Positions 1 through 9,889 of a stretch of DNA of 64,000 nucleotides are shown here, in pieces. The stretch's first letter is position 1. Each line of letters opens with the position of its first letter. The DNA is from a virus (taxonomy: Duplodnaviria > Caudoviricetes). The notes below the pieces were generated by a model, which was given only the letters and a program-made list of their open reading frames with translations, did not search any database and was not told where the DNA came from. The stretch is taken from positions 64,001 to 128,000 of the IMG/VR virus record IMGVR_UViG_3300037400_002732, one strand, 5' to 3'. The position numbers were made by a program, and so were the translations under genes.

Positions 1-33
1 TAAAAGCTTGTTCTTATCGATCTGGTTACTCAT
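1..33 (-). CDS. 5' end of a late gene running off the window (MSNQIDKNKLL...)
   Basis: ATG at 33 on the minus strand, AGGA upstream, TATAAACT motif at 61-68; frame stays open to the window edge. Confidence 0.55.
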   Translation of the reverse strand, partial: MSNQIDKNKLL

Positions 34-60
34 GGAGCTTTCCTACATCTACTTGTGTGC

Positions 61-69
61 AGTTTATAC
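61..69 (-). promoter_or_regulatory. Putative late promoter (GTATAAACT)
   Basis: ATAAACT core shared with about 12 intergenic sites; lies between a terminator and the ATG at 33. Confidence 0.65.
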
Positions 70-80
70 ACTTGTACACG

Positions 81-108
81 AAAACGGCGAGCCGAAGCCC
101 GCCGTTTT
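81..108 (-). terminator. Intrinsic terminator with cUUCGg tetraloop
   Basis: Minus strand AAAACGGCGGGC-TTCG-GCTCGCCGTTTT just after the clamp gene stop. Confidence 0.85.
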
Positions 109-123
109 ACCCATGACAGAAAC

Positions 124-1014
124 TTACTGAACAAGGTCGAACTGGGAGTAAGCACCAGCCGAGCATTCGGACGCGCCCAGCCAAAGAGTCATCGGCTTGT
201 CTGGATTGACACCAGGAATAAGCGATGTAGCCTTGAGCGACATCTGTTCGACGCCCTTAAACACAGCGTAAGTGATATTGATATCGTACTCGCCGCCGAT
301 TCCTTTCATATAGTTGAATAACTGAACCGGAAACACTGTCACGGATCCAGGTCTGAAAATCTTGTGAATCATCGGCATGTCCAAGCCACGAGTGCAAGTG
401 GCTGGTACGCAGAACGTAATCTGCTGGGACATCTTGCCCTTGATGTAAAGCTTGATGCCGCCGTCGTCGATACGAAGAGTAACAAATTCACACGTCGGAA
501 CTGCACGGAGCTTGGTAGCGAAGTCCTTAACCATTTCTTCCGAGAAGTGCATTTCGCCGATCTTCGTCATCGGATCGTGTTCGGTGTCATACGGCGTATG
601 CGAATGCTGTTCCTTGAAGCAGCTAGGGTCTGCAGTAGGCGTACGGCAAGTGATGCCGCCACCAGCAAACTTGATATACTCGTACTTGCGTCCAGTAATC
701 GACGTATCTATAGCCAGCTCAGCCGTACCGCGCTTAGGGAAATTGGCCAGTTCAGCGTACTTGACAAACTCGTTTAGCGAGAAAATATTGATGCGCTTTG
801 CGTCGAAGTCCAAATCGTCGTCCGATGCTGCCAAATGGGTCATCATAGAAATATCTGGGATATTGATATGATTACCCGGAATGCGGTTAGGGCTGGAATC
901 CTTGTACATGATTACACAGCCAGCTTTAGTGATTGAGCTGACACCCTTCAACAACTTGAAGAAGGGTTCGCTAAAACGGATACCTACTGACTGCTTTTCG
1001 TTTTCTTCTGCCAT
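124..1014 (-). CDS. gp45: DNA polymerase sliding clamp (T4 gp45-like)
   Basis: FSEPFFKLLKGVSSI, INIFSLNEFVKYAEL and TADPS resemble gp45 LSKDTTALLKNFATI, AIYDLNGFLGILSL and AADPS; replication-gene context; ATG 1014 with GAGG upstream preferred over 1044. Confidence 0.7.
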   Translation of the reverse strand: MAEENEKQSVGIRFSEPFFKLLKGVSSITKAGCVIMYKDSSPNRIPGNHINIPDISMMTHLAASDDDLDFDAKRINIFSLNEFVKYAELANFPKRGTAELAIDTSITGRKYEYIKFAGGGITCRTPTADPSCFKEQHSHTPYDTEHDPMTKIGEMHFSEEMVKDFATKLRAVPTCEFVTLRIDDGGIKLYIKGKMSQQITFCVPATCTRGLDMPMIHKIFRPGSVTVFPVQLFNYMKGIGGEYDINITYAVFKGVEQMSLKATSLIPGVNPDKPMTLWLGASECSAGAYSQFDLVQ

Positions 1015-1040
1015 ATAATAACCTCGAACTAAAATATAGC

Positions 1041-3236
1041 TCAAATCAATTTTGGATTCAAATCGGACTTAGTTATCACTTTTTTGCCGATTTCGACGAA
1101 TTTCGGCTCCAGCTGGTTCCATTCGAGGGCGGTAAACGGTCTGTTAATGTCCACACACCAGCTAGAATCGACTTCGATCTGCATCATCTTGACTTCCATG
1201 CGGTGCATCATCATCGAGACGACGTAAGGAACACAGCCTCGTCCGTCGCCAAAGCGATACAGCTTATGCCAGTTCCTCAAGATGGGAAGGTAGCCGCCAC
1301 GGATAGCTACAAACGGCCCATCAAGCATAGCCACCTCATGTGAACCAGTGACCGAAACGGTTCCGGCCACACGGCGATTGAACATTCCGTCAGTAAGTGA
1401 ATATTCGCTATACATGCCGTATGTATTCGGGCATCGCATCCACGTTCCATCCGGCAAGAAGTATTCATAGCCGAACGGAGCAACCGCACCAACGTCACCA
1501 GGAACTTGTTCAAGCTTCTGGATAAAGGACGGATCGTATATGATTGATGACGAATGGGCCAAAACAATCCAAGACGGCGGTACTTTCGGATTCAACTTTG
1601 TAAGCTTTTGTGCAACACGAGAAATGTTAATAAAAATTGACATTTGAGGGTTGTTGCACTTTCGCATCTTGACTACCTTGTCGCCAGCCAAGTAAATCAA
1701 TTCGTTTCGAGTCAGCGCATACTTCTTGTACGGCACCTTCGTACCCACGCCAGCATTGCGATAGTACAGAATTGTAATGACGCTCGGATCCTTGCTGTGC
1801 TTGAGAACGGTTTCCTTGTCAATATGGATGTTGTCCTTTTCGCGAATACCCAACGCCTTGCGAATCTGGTTGCGCTCGGCCTCTTCCTTGTACTTTTCCA
1901 TATAGACTTCATGTCGGCGTTCTTCGGCTCGAAATTCGTTTTCGTACAAGGCAGCCTTCAACGCGACTTCCACGTCATCCATTTCCGGAATTTCAATAGC
2001 GAGACAGCGTTCCTTACGAGCCCTTGTCTTGGCAGCAGCCTTAGACGCCCTAAGACGCTTGTAGTATTCTTCACGTTTGTTCGTCTTGTTCAGCTTGTCC
2101 AAATGCTTCTTACGGAATTCCGAAAGTTCCATCTTTGGATCAACATTGACACCGGACGCGACAACGGCATCGACATCTTCGCGAACCCATCCCCACATCG
2201 GATATGCAAAACGGCCAGCCTTGCGAGCTTCTTCGCAAGCGGCCATATACTCTTCCGCTGTCATAACGCAGTATTCGCGTTTCTTATGTATGTTCATCAT
2301 TCGCGGCGGAGCAACTACTCGGCACTTTCCGTTAATCAATTCATTGATCCAGAAATTGCTCTTACCGAATTTCAGACGAATGTTGAAACGGTTGTAGTAT
2401 GACTTACCTTCGCCATAAAAGAAGCGTTCGGCGATACGGTCGTACAGCGCATCCAGTTCCTTCTTATCGAACAAATTACGATAACGAGACCCAACCTTGG
2501 TGTATTCTGGATGAAGCTGTTTCGTATAAATGAACTTGGTAATGGTACGGCGAGAACACCTCATGTAGACACACGCCATGCCAGTAGTCAATTTGTCCGG
2601 AAGAGGCTTATCAGTAATAAGCTTTGTCGCACGTCGTTCGGCCTTATTGATCGTATTGGTAACAAACTGTATTATGCTGTCGCGAGTCATCCATTTGTAA
2701 CGCTTGCGGCCAGTAACGGTATGCACCCAAAACGCGATGTTGGCATTACCCATTCGTGCTTGGGCCCTAAGCTTGCCTGGAGTAGTTCCCATGAACGTAG
2801 CGGAATCCTTGACATTCATTGTCTTGGGCAAGAACTTGAAATTACTTGACGGCACGTAATTCTTGAGGAAGTATTCATAGTCATGGAACGTGACGTACTT
2901 GCCGAATTCATCGGCTGGCTGCTCGATGATAATTCCTTTCTTCACGAGCCTAAGATACGTCGTCTGGTGAATATCCAGATCGGCAATTATTTCAGCCGGA
3001 CGAAGCTTCGCTCTAGGATGAGTGCTGCAAGGCGGCTTCAATCCATAGGCGGACAATTTTTTAAGACAAGCGTCATAACGGTATTTCTTTTGTCCAAGAT
3101 AATTAACCTTGTACGGAATACCTTCAAAAAAGCCCATACGCTTAAGCTCGGACGACGGCCTATCAATAATCTGAGCAATACGGTTCGGTTGAACAAAGTC
3201 GTCGAGGCCCTTAGTTTTTAAAGACGCCATCGCCAT
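1041..3236 (-). CDS. 731 aa protein: repeated excisionase/MerR-like HTH motifs plus C-terminal GT-A glycosyltransferase-like domain
   Basis: HTH-like segments (LRPAEIIADLDIHQTTYLRLVKKG; MNVKDSATFMGTTPGKLR; LTTGMACVYMRCSRRTITKFI); C-terminal IVLAHSSSII, VGAVAPFG and VAMLDGPFVAIRG resemble GT2-like folds. Confidence 0.5.
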   Translation of the reverse strand: MAMASLKTKGLDDFVQPNRIAQIIDRPSSELKRMGFFEGIPYKVNYLGQKKYRYDACLKKLSAYGLKPPCSTHPRAKLRPAEIIADLDIHQTTYLRLVKKGIIIEQPADEFGKYVTFHDYEYFLKNYVPSSNFKFLPKTMNVKDSATFMGTTPGKLRAQARMGNANIAFWVHTVTGRKRYKWMTRDSIIQFVTNTINKAERRATKLITDKPLPDKLTTGMACVYMRCSRRTITKFIYTKQLHPEYTKVGSRYRNLFDKKELDALYDRIAERFFYGEGKSYYNRFNIRLKFGKSNFWINELINGKCRVVAPPRMMNIHKKREYCVMTAEEYMAACEEARKAGRFAYPMWGWVREDVDAVVASGVNVDPKMELSEFRKKHLDKLNKTNKREEYYKRLRASKAAAKTRARKERCLAIEIPEMDDVEVALKAALYENEFRAEERRHEVYMEKYKEEAERNQIRKALGIREKDNIHIDKETVLKHSKDPSVITILYYRNAGVGTKVPYKKYALTRNELIYLAGDKVVKMRKCNNPQMSIFINISRVAQKLTKLNPKVPPSWIVLAHSSSIIYDPSFIQKLEQVPGDVGAVAPFGYEYFLPDGTWMRCPNTYGMYSEYSLTDGMFNRRVAGTVSVTGSHEVAMLDGPFVAIRGGYLPILRNWHKLYRFGDGRGCVPYVVSMMMHRMEVKMMQIEVDSSWCVDINRPFTALEWNQLEPKFVEIGKKVITKSDLNPKLI

Positions 3237-4432
3237 TAGAAGTAAACCTCCAGCTTTTTCTTGGCAGCCATTTTTTCAGCAAGCTGCAATCTGTTTTCGC
3301 GGCGGGCACGTTTTTCCCTTTCAGCCAAGTCGCCGCTAGACAAAGCGAATAGAATAGAAGCTCCGCCCGGAGCAGAGCAACGGTCAGCAATGAACTGGTC
3401 ATTGACATAGCCATCCGCGTCAACAGGGAATTCACCATCAAGAACTGCGGCGTTAACGTCCTTGGCCTTTATTCCTCGCCAAGAAAACCAGTTGTAACCT
3501 TTCTTAACAGATTCTATACGAGCAAGCTCACCAGCCTTGTCGTTATCCCATAACACGGTACAATTTTCCTTATGCTCGGCAATCTGTGGATTATCTGCGA
3601 TCATTTCATCAAAGTGAGATACGCCACCAATAGCGATGGAATTACGGATAAATGTCGAGTCGATAGTTCCTTCAAGGATATAGAACGGCTTGTTCACATC
3701 CAGAAAGTCAATATTGTACGCTTGTCGCTTAACGCCTTCGAAATTACGGTAACGCGGTTCGGTCTTCGGATCCAAAGCTCGCGCATCAAATTGATTCCAT
3801 GCGCCACCATATTTATAGAACGGAATGACCAGACGGTTACGGAATTCATTTCCAATAGGCTTCCCCTTTTCATTTAGGACAAGCGCACCGAATTCATCCC
3901 TCTTTAGGAACTGATCGCCTTCTTGACAGACGAACCACAAGTCATACACGTCCTTGCGGATTTTTCTGCTCTCGCAGAAAGCAACCGCTTGTTCGGCAAG
4001 CGGATGATGGTCGAGCAACGAGACAAGTTCATCGTCGGCAAACGGAAGCTCGGCCTTTTTCTTACGTTGGCGTTCTTCGAATTCACGATTACGGGCCCTG
4101 CGGTCACTATCCTCATCCTTGCCAAGAAGAAGAATTCGGCTATATGCAGCAAAGTCAGTATCCTTCAAATAGGTCATGAAATGTTCACTTGTACCACACT
4201 TGTAACAACGGAATAGCCACTTGTCTCGATAGATATAAGCCTTCTTCTTGTTCGGTCGGCTCAAATCACCGCAGAACGGACAAACAAAGTTATACTCATT
4301 GGCCTTGGTGTGGGTAAGGTGATAGTCACCCAAATGGGAGACGACCTCTGAATCAAGAACTGCATCTGGAATATTATCGTACGCGAACGCCATAAAAACC
4401 TCAAACAATGAACGGTGCTCAATGTTAATCAA
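3236..4432 (-). CDS. gp61: DNA primase (T4 gp61-like)
   Basis: Zn finger CPFCGD...CYKC; TOPRIM motifs ILEGTIDS, WDNDKAG, KDVN; start uncertain (TTG 4432 or ATG 4393). Confidence 0.92.
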   Translation of the reverse strand: MINIEHRSLFEVFMAFAYDNIPDAVLDSEVVSHLGDYHLTHTKANEYNFVCPFCGDLSRPNKKKAYIYRDKWLFRCYKCGTSEHFMTYLKDTDFAAYSRILLLGKDEDSDRRARNREFEERQRKKKAELPFADDELVSLLDHHPLAEQAVAFCESRKIRKDVYDLWFVCQEGDQFLKRDEFGALVLNEKGKPIGNEFRNRLVIPFYKYGGAWNQFDARALDPKTEPRYRNFEGVKRQAYNIDFLDVNKPFYILEGTIDSTFIRNSIAIGGVSHFDEMIADNPQIAEHKENCTVLWDNDKAGELARIESVKKGYNWFSWRGIKAKDVNAAVLDGEFPVDADGYVNDQFIADRCSAPGGASILFALSSGDLAEREKRARRENRLQLAEKMAAKKKLEVYF

Positions 4433-4481
4433 GCACCGCCCATTTGAATATGCCGTCAGGAGACGGTATTGTTAGGCAAGT

Positions 4482-5642
4482 TTAGAACGGCAATTCCGTG
4501 TCGTCTTCGTCACCATCCGGAAGCTGGTTAGCAAGTTCAGTCATGCTGGGCTTGGCTGCTGGAGCCGGGCGAGCAGCCGGTCTGGCGGCTGGGGCCGGAG
4601 TAGCGGAAGCGACGAGCATTGCGTCAGAATCTGCTTCAACTTCAGGCTTTGCGGCAGCAACAAGTTCGGCATCAGCGTCAAGGAAATCAGCTGCACCCAT
4701 CTTGTTTGCATGGTTTGCGTAGTTCGGATTCGGAGCCGCAGAGAAGCTGTGATTTACCGGGGTAAATCCACCTTCAGCGACACCGTCAACTGGCTTCGCA
4801 GAAGACGCCTTTTCCATGAATTCGCGCCACTTAGCAGCAGCCTGGTCTTCGTCCGGAATGTCCTTGAGATATTCCTTGAGGTCATGGCAGCGGCTGAGAA
4901 TGTCAAGCATTTCTTCCTTGGTATCGGCAAGCGGCGAGGATTCTGGCAAGTAGTCAGAGCCGTCGTAGGAGGTCATATTCTTGGCAGCGTCCCAAGTCAC
5001 GACCACACCAAAGTCAACGCCCTTGGTCGGAGAATGAGGAATAAACTTGCGCTTTTCCTTCTTAATCTTTGCAAGAGCACCCTTTGCTGGTGCGGCATTC
5101 GCATTGTTGGTTTCAGCGTCAACGCTGTCATCGAACGGTGCGCGGAGCGTACGTTCAACAGCATCGCTATGACGCCAGACGAGAACCTTACCATTATTGG
5201 TCTGCTTGTTATCGTCTTCCTTCACGAGAATGTTGGTGTACCATTCCGGACGAGAACGCATGTCAGACCACACCTTGAGTTCCGGAGAGCCCTTCGGATA
5301 TTTGGTCTTCAAGTCGTTGTAACGATCCCAGATTGCACGGCAAATCGGACAATCTTGGCCCGGAATATTACGGCCACACTTCACTTCCATGTGAACGCCG
5401 TTGATTTTGAGGTGGTGGTACAAAACCTTCACGCTAGGATAGGTCTTGTTCTTTACGCCTTCAATACCTTGCGGTAGTAAACGGACGATAGCACTGTAGC
5501 TGGGATTGCGCTTGCTTACGCTAGGCTTCCAGCGGTTCGGATCAGTGGCACCACTGGTCGAAGTGGCTTCGTCGAGGTTGGACACGGTGTCAATGTCGAG
5601 GTCAATAAAATCGGCATTAGCTTGGGGATTATTAGTAGTCAT
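4482..5642 (-). CDS. gp32: Single-stranded DNA-binding protein (T4 gp32-like)
   Basis: DPNRWKP, AIVRLLP, H...C...CPIC Zn site, NILVKEDD..NNGKV, SYDGS; acidic C-terminus ending DDTELPF. Confidence 0.92.
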   Translation of the reverse strand: MTTNNPQANADFIDLDIDTVSNLDEATSTSGATDPNRWKPSVSKRNPSYSAIVRLLPQGIEGVKNKTYPSVKVLYHHLKINGVHMEVKCGRNIPGQDCPICRAIWDRYNDLKTKYPKGSPELKVWSDMRSRPEWYTNILVKEDDNKQTNNGKVLVWRHSDAVERTLRAPFDDSVDAETNNANAAPAKGALAKIKKEKRKFIPHSPTKGVDFGVVVTWDAAKNMTSYDGSDYLPESSPLADTKEEMLDILSRCHDLKEYLKDIPDEDQAAAKWREFMEKASSAKPVDGVAEGGFTPVNHSFSAAPNPNYANHANKMGAADFLDADAELVAAAKPEVEADSDAMLVASATPAPAARPAARPAPAAKPSMTELANQLPDGDEDDTELPF

Positions 5643-5691
5643 GGGATTACTCCTTGGATAACTATGGTTTTACGTTGTTGTTTTTCTTTTT

Positions 5692-5730
5692 CCGGTGTTT
5701 TTGTTTAAGCTGTACACCAACGCAACAGCT
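5692..5730 (-). promoter_or_regulatory. H-type pseudoknot in the gene 32 leader (putative autogenous translational operator)
   Basis: Stem 1 AGCTGT/ACAGCT; loop TTGGTGT pairs with downstream ACACCGG; followed by an A-rich unstructured tract and AAGGAG RBS. Confidence 0.7.
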
Positions 5731-5737
5731 GAGGGTA

Positions 5738-5766
5738 AACTTAGTAACAATAAATTTGAATTGCAA
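5738..5766 (-). promoter_or_regulatory. Early/middle promoter TTGCAA-N17-TAAGTT
   Basis: One of four copies of TTGCAATTCAAATT with an exact 17 bp spacer to TAnnTT; upstream of gene 32. Confidence 0.8.
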
Positions 5767-5773
5767 ATCAGCC

Positions 5774-6430
5774 CTAAGTAGGCGTTTTTGGCGATTCTTT
5801 TTGGTGGGTCAACAGCTGGATAGCTTCTTGACGCTTCAATGCGGCATCGACTTGTTCTTCCAAGTTTTCCGGAAGCTCGAAATCGAGATCATCGATGTGT
5901 ACCTTTTCAAGCTCGTCAGTGACTTCCTTCATGAGAGAATCAAAGTCCCAGCCAATCTGTCTTGAAATGACGTTATTGATAACGCACAAGTCGGAGAACT
6001 TGGCGGCATCGCCAACCAGCTTTTCATTTTCAACCGCTTCCACGTTGTTCGGGTCGAAATCGTCTGAAATATGGAGAGAACCATCCTCGTCGATTTCAAG
6101 CGCACTTGCTGCGGTTTCATCAGACATCGCAGTAGCCTTCTGCACGTCTTCATCATCGCGAGCATATTCGTCAGCAAGCTGCATGTAGCTCTTTCCGATG
6201 AACGGATTGCGCTTCTGCTGTTCGACAAGCCACTTGTTGTAGTATTCGGTCTTGACGAGAACGCCAGTACCGGCACCACCATATTTCTTGTCGTCCTTAG
6301 AACCAATATTGACGATTGCATTGGTAAGCTCTTCACGTTTTTCGAGAGCCGCTTCTTCAGCAATAGCCGAGTCCTTCTCGTGCTGCTTAACAATACTCTT
6401 GTACTTTGCACCAAACTTGAAATTAGCCAT
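5774..6430 (-). CDS. Hypothetical acidic protein (218 aa)
   Basis: ORF tightly packed in the replication operon, AGGA RBS. Confidence 0.75.
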   Translation of the reverse strand: MANFKFGAKYKSIVKQHEKDSAIAEEAALEKREELTNAIVNIGSKDDKKYGGAGTGVLVKTEYYNKWLVEQQKRNPFIGKSYMQLADEYARDDEDVQKATAMSDETAASALEIDEDGSLHISDDFDPNNVEAVENEKLVGDAAKFSDLCVINNVISRQIGWDFDSLMKEVTDELEKVHIDDLDFELPENLEEQVDAALKRQEAIQLLTHQKESPKTPT

Positions 6431-6431
6431 A

Positions 6432-6950
6432 CTATTCCTGCAATCCCGCCAATATAAACGCTTCTTCTTCTGGGTCGTCTTCGGTCAGTTTATCAACGTA
6501 GTCTTGCGACAGCTTGATAGGTTCGATCGATGATTCATCATCTTCCTCTGCACGAGTAGCGGCCTTCTCGATATCAGTTTCAGATGCGGCGATCCCAGCT
6601 TCCTTCGCCAATAGGAGCTTGATGTCCATATCCAGCATGGCGGCCAGCTTGGTAGCATCCACCATCTTTTCAATGGCAACAAGCAACTGCATCATGCCAA
6701 AATCCTTCTTGCAGTACTTATTGTACATCCACCAGAGGCCAGCGTTTATCTTTTCACTGTACTTCTTAAGTGTCGTTTCGGGCATCGTCAACACAATGCA
6801 AGCATCGCCGTCGAATCTTGGAGTCTTCAAGTATTCGTCAAAGACATTCAAGATCGACTCGTTGCTAGTGTCTCTGAGTTCCAAGGAATCCCTTTTCTGC
6901 TCGGTTTCCTCGTCCTCAGTCATGTATTTCTCTAAATCCATAGAACACAA
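6432..6950 (-). CDS. Hypothetical protein, weak candidate for a gp33-like late transcription coactivator
   Basis: Small acidic ORF close to gene 32; KLAAMLDMDIKLLLAKEA loosely resembles the gp33 core. The ORF is solid, the function is speculative. Confidence 0.4.
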   Translation of the reverse strand: MCSMDLEKYMTEDEETEQKRDSLELRDTSNESILNVFDEYLKTPRFDGDACIVLTMPETTLKKYSEKINAGLWWMYNKYCKKDFGMMQLLVAIEKMVDATKLAAMLDMDIKLLLAKEAGIAASETDIEKAATRAEEDDESSIEPIKLSQDYVDKLTEDDPEEEAFILAGLQE

Positions 6951-6986
6951 TTGGTTCGATTCATTAGAGAAATTACTCTGTTTTAG

Positions 6987-8480
6987 CTAGAATTGCATGC
7001 TTATATCACTCAATCCAGCTTGGGCGGCTATTTGCTTGGCGTCTAGCTTCTGACGAGTCAGCTTTCCGCCGCCCGGTGTACGGCCAGAGTTACCGCCTTG
7101 CATCAATCCGCCAGCGGCCTCAGCGGCGATCTGCGCCTTGGCCATGGCATCCAATACCTCGTTGACGTCTTCTTGAGAAGCGTCGTACCAACGCATTGTA
7201 TTGAAGTCGTACTTGGTATAGAACATGACTTCGTTCTCGCCGAAACGGTTCTTCTTGATGAAGTTGGCATACATGTTCAACCCCTTCAAGATATCGTCAC
7301 GAGTAATCGTAATCATAATGTCGGCGGTTTCGGCAAAGCCAGCGGAACCAGAGACCGATTCCAAGCCAGCGTCCAGCCTTGAGTAACCAGTACGGTTGAA
7401 CTGGACTGCAGAAATGCCAACCATATTCCTTTCAATGCACATTTCACGGATCTGCTCAGCCTTTTCTTGGCCATCGAGATACATACTTTCCATCGTACGG
7501 TGAGTACGGTTCGGCTTCATGATGCCGATGTAGTCAACCACAAGCACATCCGGATTCTTCTTGTAAATCGAGTAGAACTGGTCAATGCGAGCTTCGATTT
7601 CTGACGGCGTAGTCGTCGTCTTCATACGAATAACCTTCAAATGACCCAGACGTTCAACGCCTTCAACCTTAGTCTGTTCAATAAGCCTACGGCATTCCTC
7701 GACAGAAAGGTCGCTAACCTCGTACTGGGCGATGCCAGTCAAGTTAGCAGCAAGACGACGCCATACATATTCTTCGGACAATTCCAAGCTGATGTAAAGT
7801 ACGTCATAGCCATAGCGAATAAAGTTACACGCATCTGAACCCATGACAAGAGACTTACCGACGTTAGGCTGACCAACATACAGCGTCATCGTCTTACGAG
7901 GATAACCACCGGAATCTGGGTCAGTTTTCACTTGGGCAGTGTAATAGTTGATCTTGCCAATGGCAGAACGGATCGGATGCGACATTTCCTTCAAGCGACG
8001 CTGGGCCTCTTCAATATCTTCGACAAGGTCAAGACCAAGGCCCACATGCAGACTGAAATTGAGCTTATCCTTCAATACCGGAAGCAAGTCCCTAACCGCG
8101 TCCGTATTATTCTCGTAGATAGCAGTAGCAGCTTGTCGCAGCACGTTTTCCGCAGCACGTTCATGATAGAAATTCTCAAGCAGCGAAATAACGTAGTCTT
8201 GCTTCATGAACGGAATGTCAGCATTGCAAACAGCCATGATTTTCTGCCTAGCTTGCTCACCAAAACCAGTATTGCCAAGACCTACCACCAGCTCTTGAGC
8301 CGACGGTCTACGGTTGTGCTTGCGAATAAATTTTCTGATAATGCTTACAACGTTCTTGTTAGCTTCGTCAGCATACAAACGATCATCCAAGAAGTCAATC
8401 ATCTTGGGTGCGATTGTCAAGTCTGTTAGAAAAGTCCTTATAACAAGATCTTCTCGCGTCAAATCGTAAACGGCAGCCAT
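6987..8480 (-). CDS. gp41: Replicative DnaB-like helicase (T4 gp41-like)
   Basis: Walker A GQPNVGKS, YISLEL, Walker B VLVVDYIGIM, SAVQFNR, KKNRFG. Confidence 0.95.
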   Translation of the reverse strand: MAAVYDLTREDLVIRTFLTDLTIAPKMIDFLDDRLYADEANKNVVSIIRKFIRKHNRRPSAQELVVGLGNTGFGEQARQKIMAVCNADIPFMKQDYVISLLENFYHERAAENVLRQAATAIYENNTDAVRDLLPVLKDKLNFSLHVGLGLDLVEDIEEAQRRLKEMSHPIRSAIGKINYYTAQVKTDPDSGGYPRKTMTLYVGQPNVGKSLVMGSDACNFIRYGYDVLYISLELSEEYVWRRLAANLTGIAQYEVSDLSVEECRRLIEQTKVEGVERLGHLKVIRMKTTTTPSEIEARIDQFYSIYKKNPDVLVVDYIGIMKPNRTHRTMESMYLDGQEKAEQIREMCIERNMVGISAVQFNRTGYSRLDAGLESVSGSAGFAETADIMITITRDDILKGLNMYANFIKKNRFGENEVMFYTKYDFNTMRWYDASQEDVNEVLDAMAKAQIAAEAAGGLMQGGNSGRTPGGGKLTRQKLDAKQIAAQAGLSDISMQF

Positions 8481-8498
8481 AAATCCTCAAAAAGCGGT

Positions 8499-8525
8499 AA
8501 AGAAGCGCACCCAACTGGGTGCGCT
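8499..8525 (-). terminator. Hairpin/terminator after uvsX
   Basis: Perfect inverted repeat AGCGCACCCA-GT-TGGGTGCGCT followed by TCTTT on the minus strand. Confidence 0.7.
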
Positions 8526-8540
8526 GTTACAGATGGCGAA

Positions 8541-9815
8541 TTAATCTTCACCCTTGATAGCCTTGCGGAGACTTTCAACTTGTTCAGCTTGCTGGACAAG
8601 GAGCTGGTCTTCGGCGGCTTGGATTTCTTCGTCGTCAACTTCCGGCGCATCGTCGTCGTAGTTTTCGGAAGAACCGAGAGAAGGCGGACGGAACTTAAAT
8701 TCAGACTTCACGTATTCGTTGATTTCGTAAAGGATGGTTCCAATGTGATCCTTGCGGTCGATCTTGGTAGCAAGAACAACTTGCCAGTCCTTCGGATCAA
8801 TTTTCGGATCCTTGATGACATAGCATTTCTTCTGAGTCTTCTTGCCATTACCTTCCTTCGGCACAGAATTTTCAAGTTCAGGGAACGCGGTCGCGCTATA
8901 TTCTTCGATAAGGCCGGCTTCGAGAGCAATGTCGTGCAGACCATAGTAACGGTTCAAACCAGTCTTGTAGTCGAGATAGAGCTTTGCAGTCTTCTTAGGC
9001 TTGACGAGACGGCTCTTGAACACGGTAGCTTCGAGAATAATACCAGCAACCTTGCTTCTGTCATTCTTGTCCGGAATGTCTAGTGACTTGTGCATGCTCA
9101 AGATGACGGAAGCGAAATACTTTGCGCCTTCACCGTTTGCAATGCGCTTCGGGTCACCATAACCGTCAGTAGCGAGGTAGATATGGTTGGTGATGAACAT
9201 CGGAATACCAAGGTTACCACAGCGGTTGGTAATGTTGGTGAACATTGCCTTGACAACCTTTGCCTTGGTCATGTCTTGCTTGAGTTCACCCTTGGTGGCG
9301 TCATTCATCGTCTTCTTGGTGGACATACCACCTAGTGAGTCAAGAACGATAGCGATCTTACGTTCGTTTGCAAGCTTCTTGCCCTTGTCGGCTTCGAAGA
9401 CATCTAGTAATCCAGCGATAGAAATGAACACGTCTTCGACGGTCGTGTGCTCCTGGATGAGCGTAAACTGATCTTCATTGAAACCATTTTCGTTGATCAA
9501 ATCTTCTTCGTTGGTTTCATGTTCAGTGTCGTAATAGTAAATGAAGTAGCCTTGATCCATCAAGGGCTTTACGAAGTTATTCTTCATCATGTAGGACTTG
9601 CCGGAACCTTGTTCACCAGCCGCCATGAAGAATCGGTTGAGGTGGAAACCACCTTCGATCATGTCACCAGATAGTAATGCGTTGAGCGCATAAGAACCGG
9701 AGTCCACGAAACCGTATTGAGGGTGACGTTGCTGCTTGTCAGCGTAGCGGTCACCAGTTTTGACCTTTGTCTTGAAGAAAGAGAAGTCAGTAGCTGCGAT
9801 ATTTTTCTTTGCCAT
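8541..9815 (-). CDS. uvsX: RecA-like recombinase UvsX
   Basis: DSGSYALNALLSG, Walker A GEQGSGKS, YDTE, VLDSLG, DMTKAK, TNHIY, KSR, GLNRYYGL. Confidence 0.95.
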   Translation of the reverse strand: MAKKNIAATDFSFFKTKVKTGDRYADKQQRHPQYGFVDSGSYALNALLSGDMIEGGFHLNRFFMAAGEQGSGKSYMMKNNFVKPLMDQGYFIYYYDTEHETNEEDLINENGFNEDQFTLIQEHTTVEDVFISIAGLLDVFEADKGKKLANERKIAIVLDSLGGMSTKKTMNDATKGELKQDMTKAKVVKAMFTNITNRCGNLGIPMFITNHIYLATDGYGDPKRIANGEGAKYFASVILSMHKSLDIPDKNDRSKVAGIILEATVFKSRLVKPKKTAKLYLDYKTGLNRYYGLHDIALEAGLIEEYSATAFPELENSVPKEGNGKKTQKKCYVIKDPKIDPKDWQVVLATKIDRKDHIGTILYEINEYVKSEFKFRPPSLGSSENYDDDAPEVDDEEIQAAEDQLLVQQAEQVESLRKAIKGED

Positions 9816-9889
9816 AGATTTTTCCTTGATTTAAGTGTTAGAGTTAGTTGATACTACAAAATGCCTAAAGCGGCGCATTGAGTTTGTCA

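Noticed and set aside
4450-4469. Hairpin after gene 32 as a terminator
   Set aside because: It has an A-C mismatch on the transcribed strand and no U-tract.
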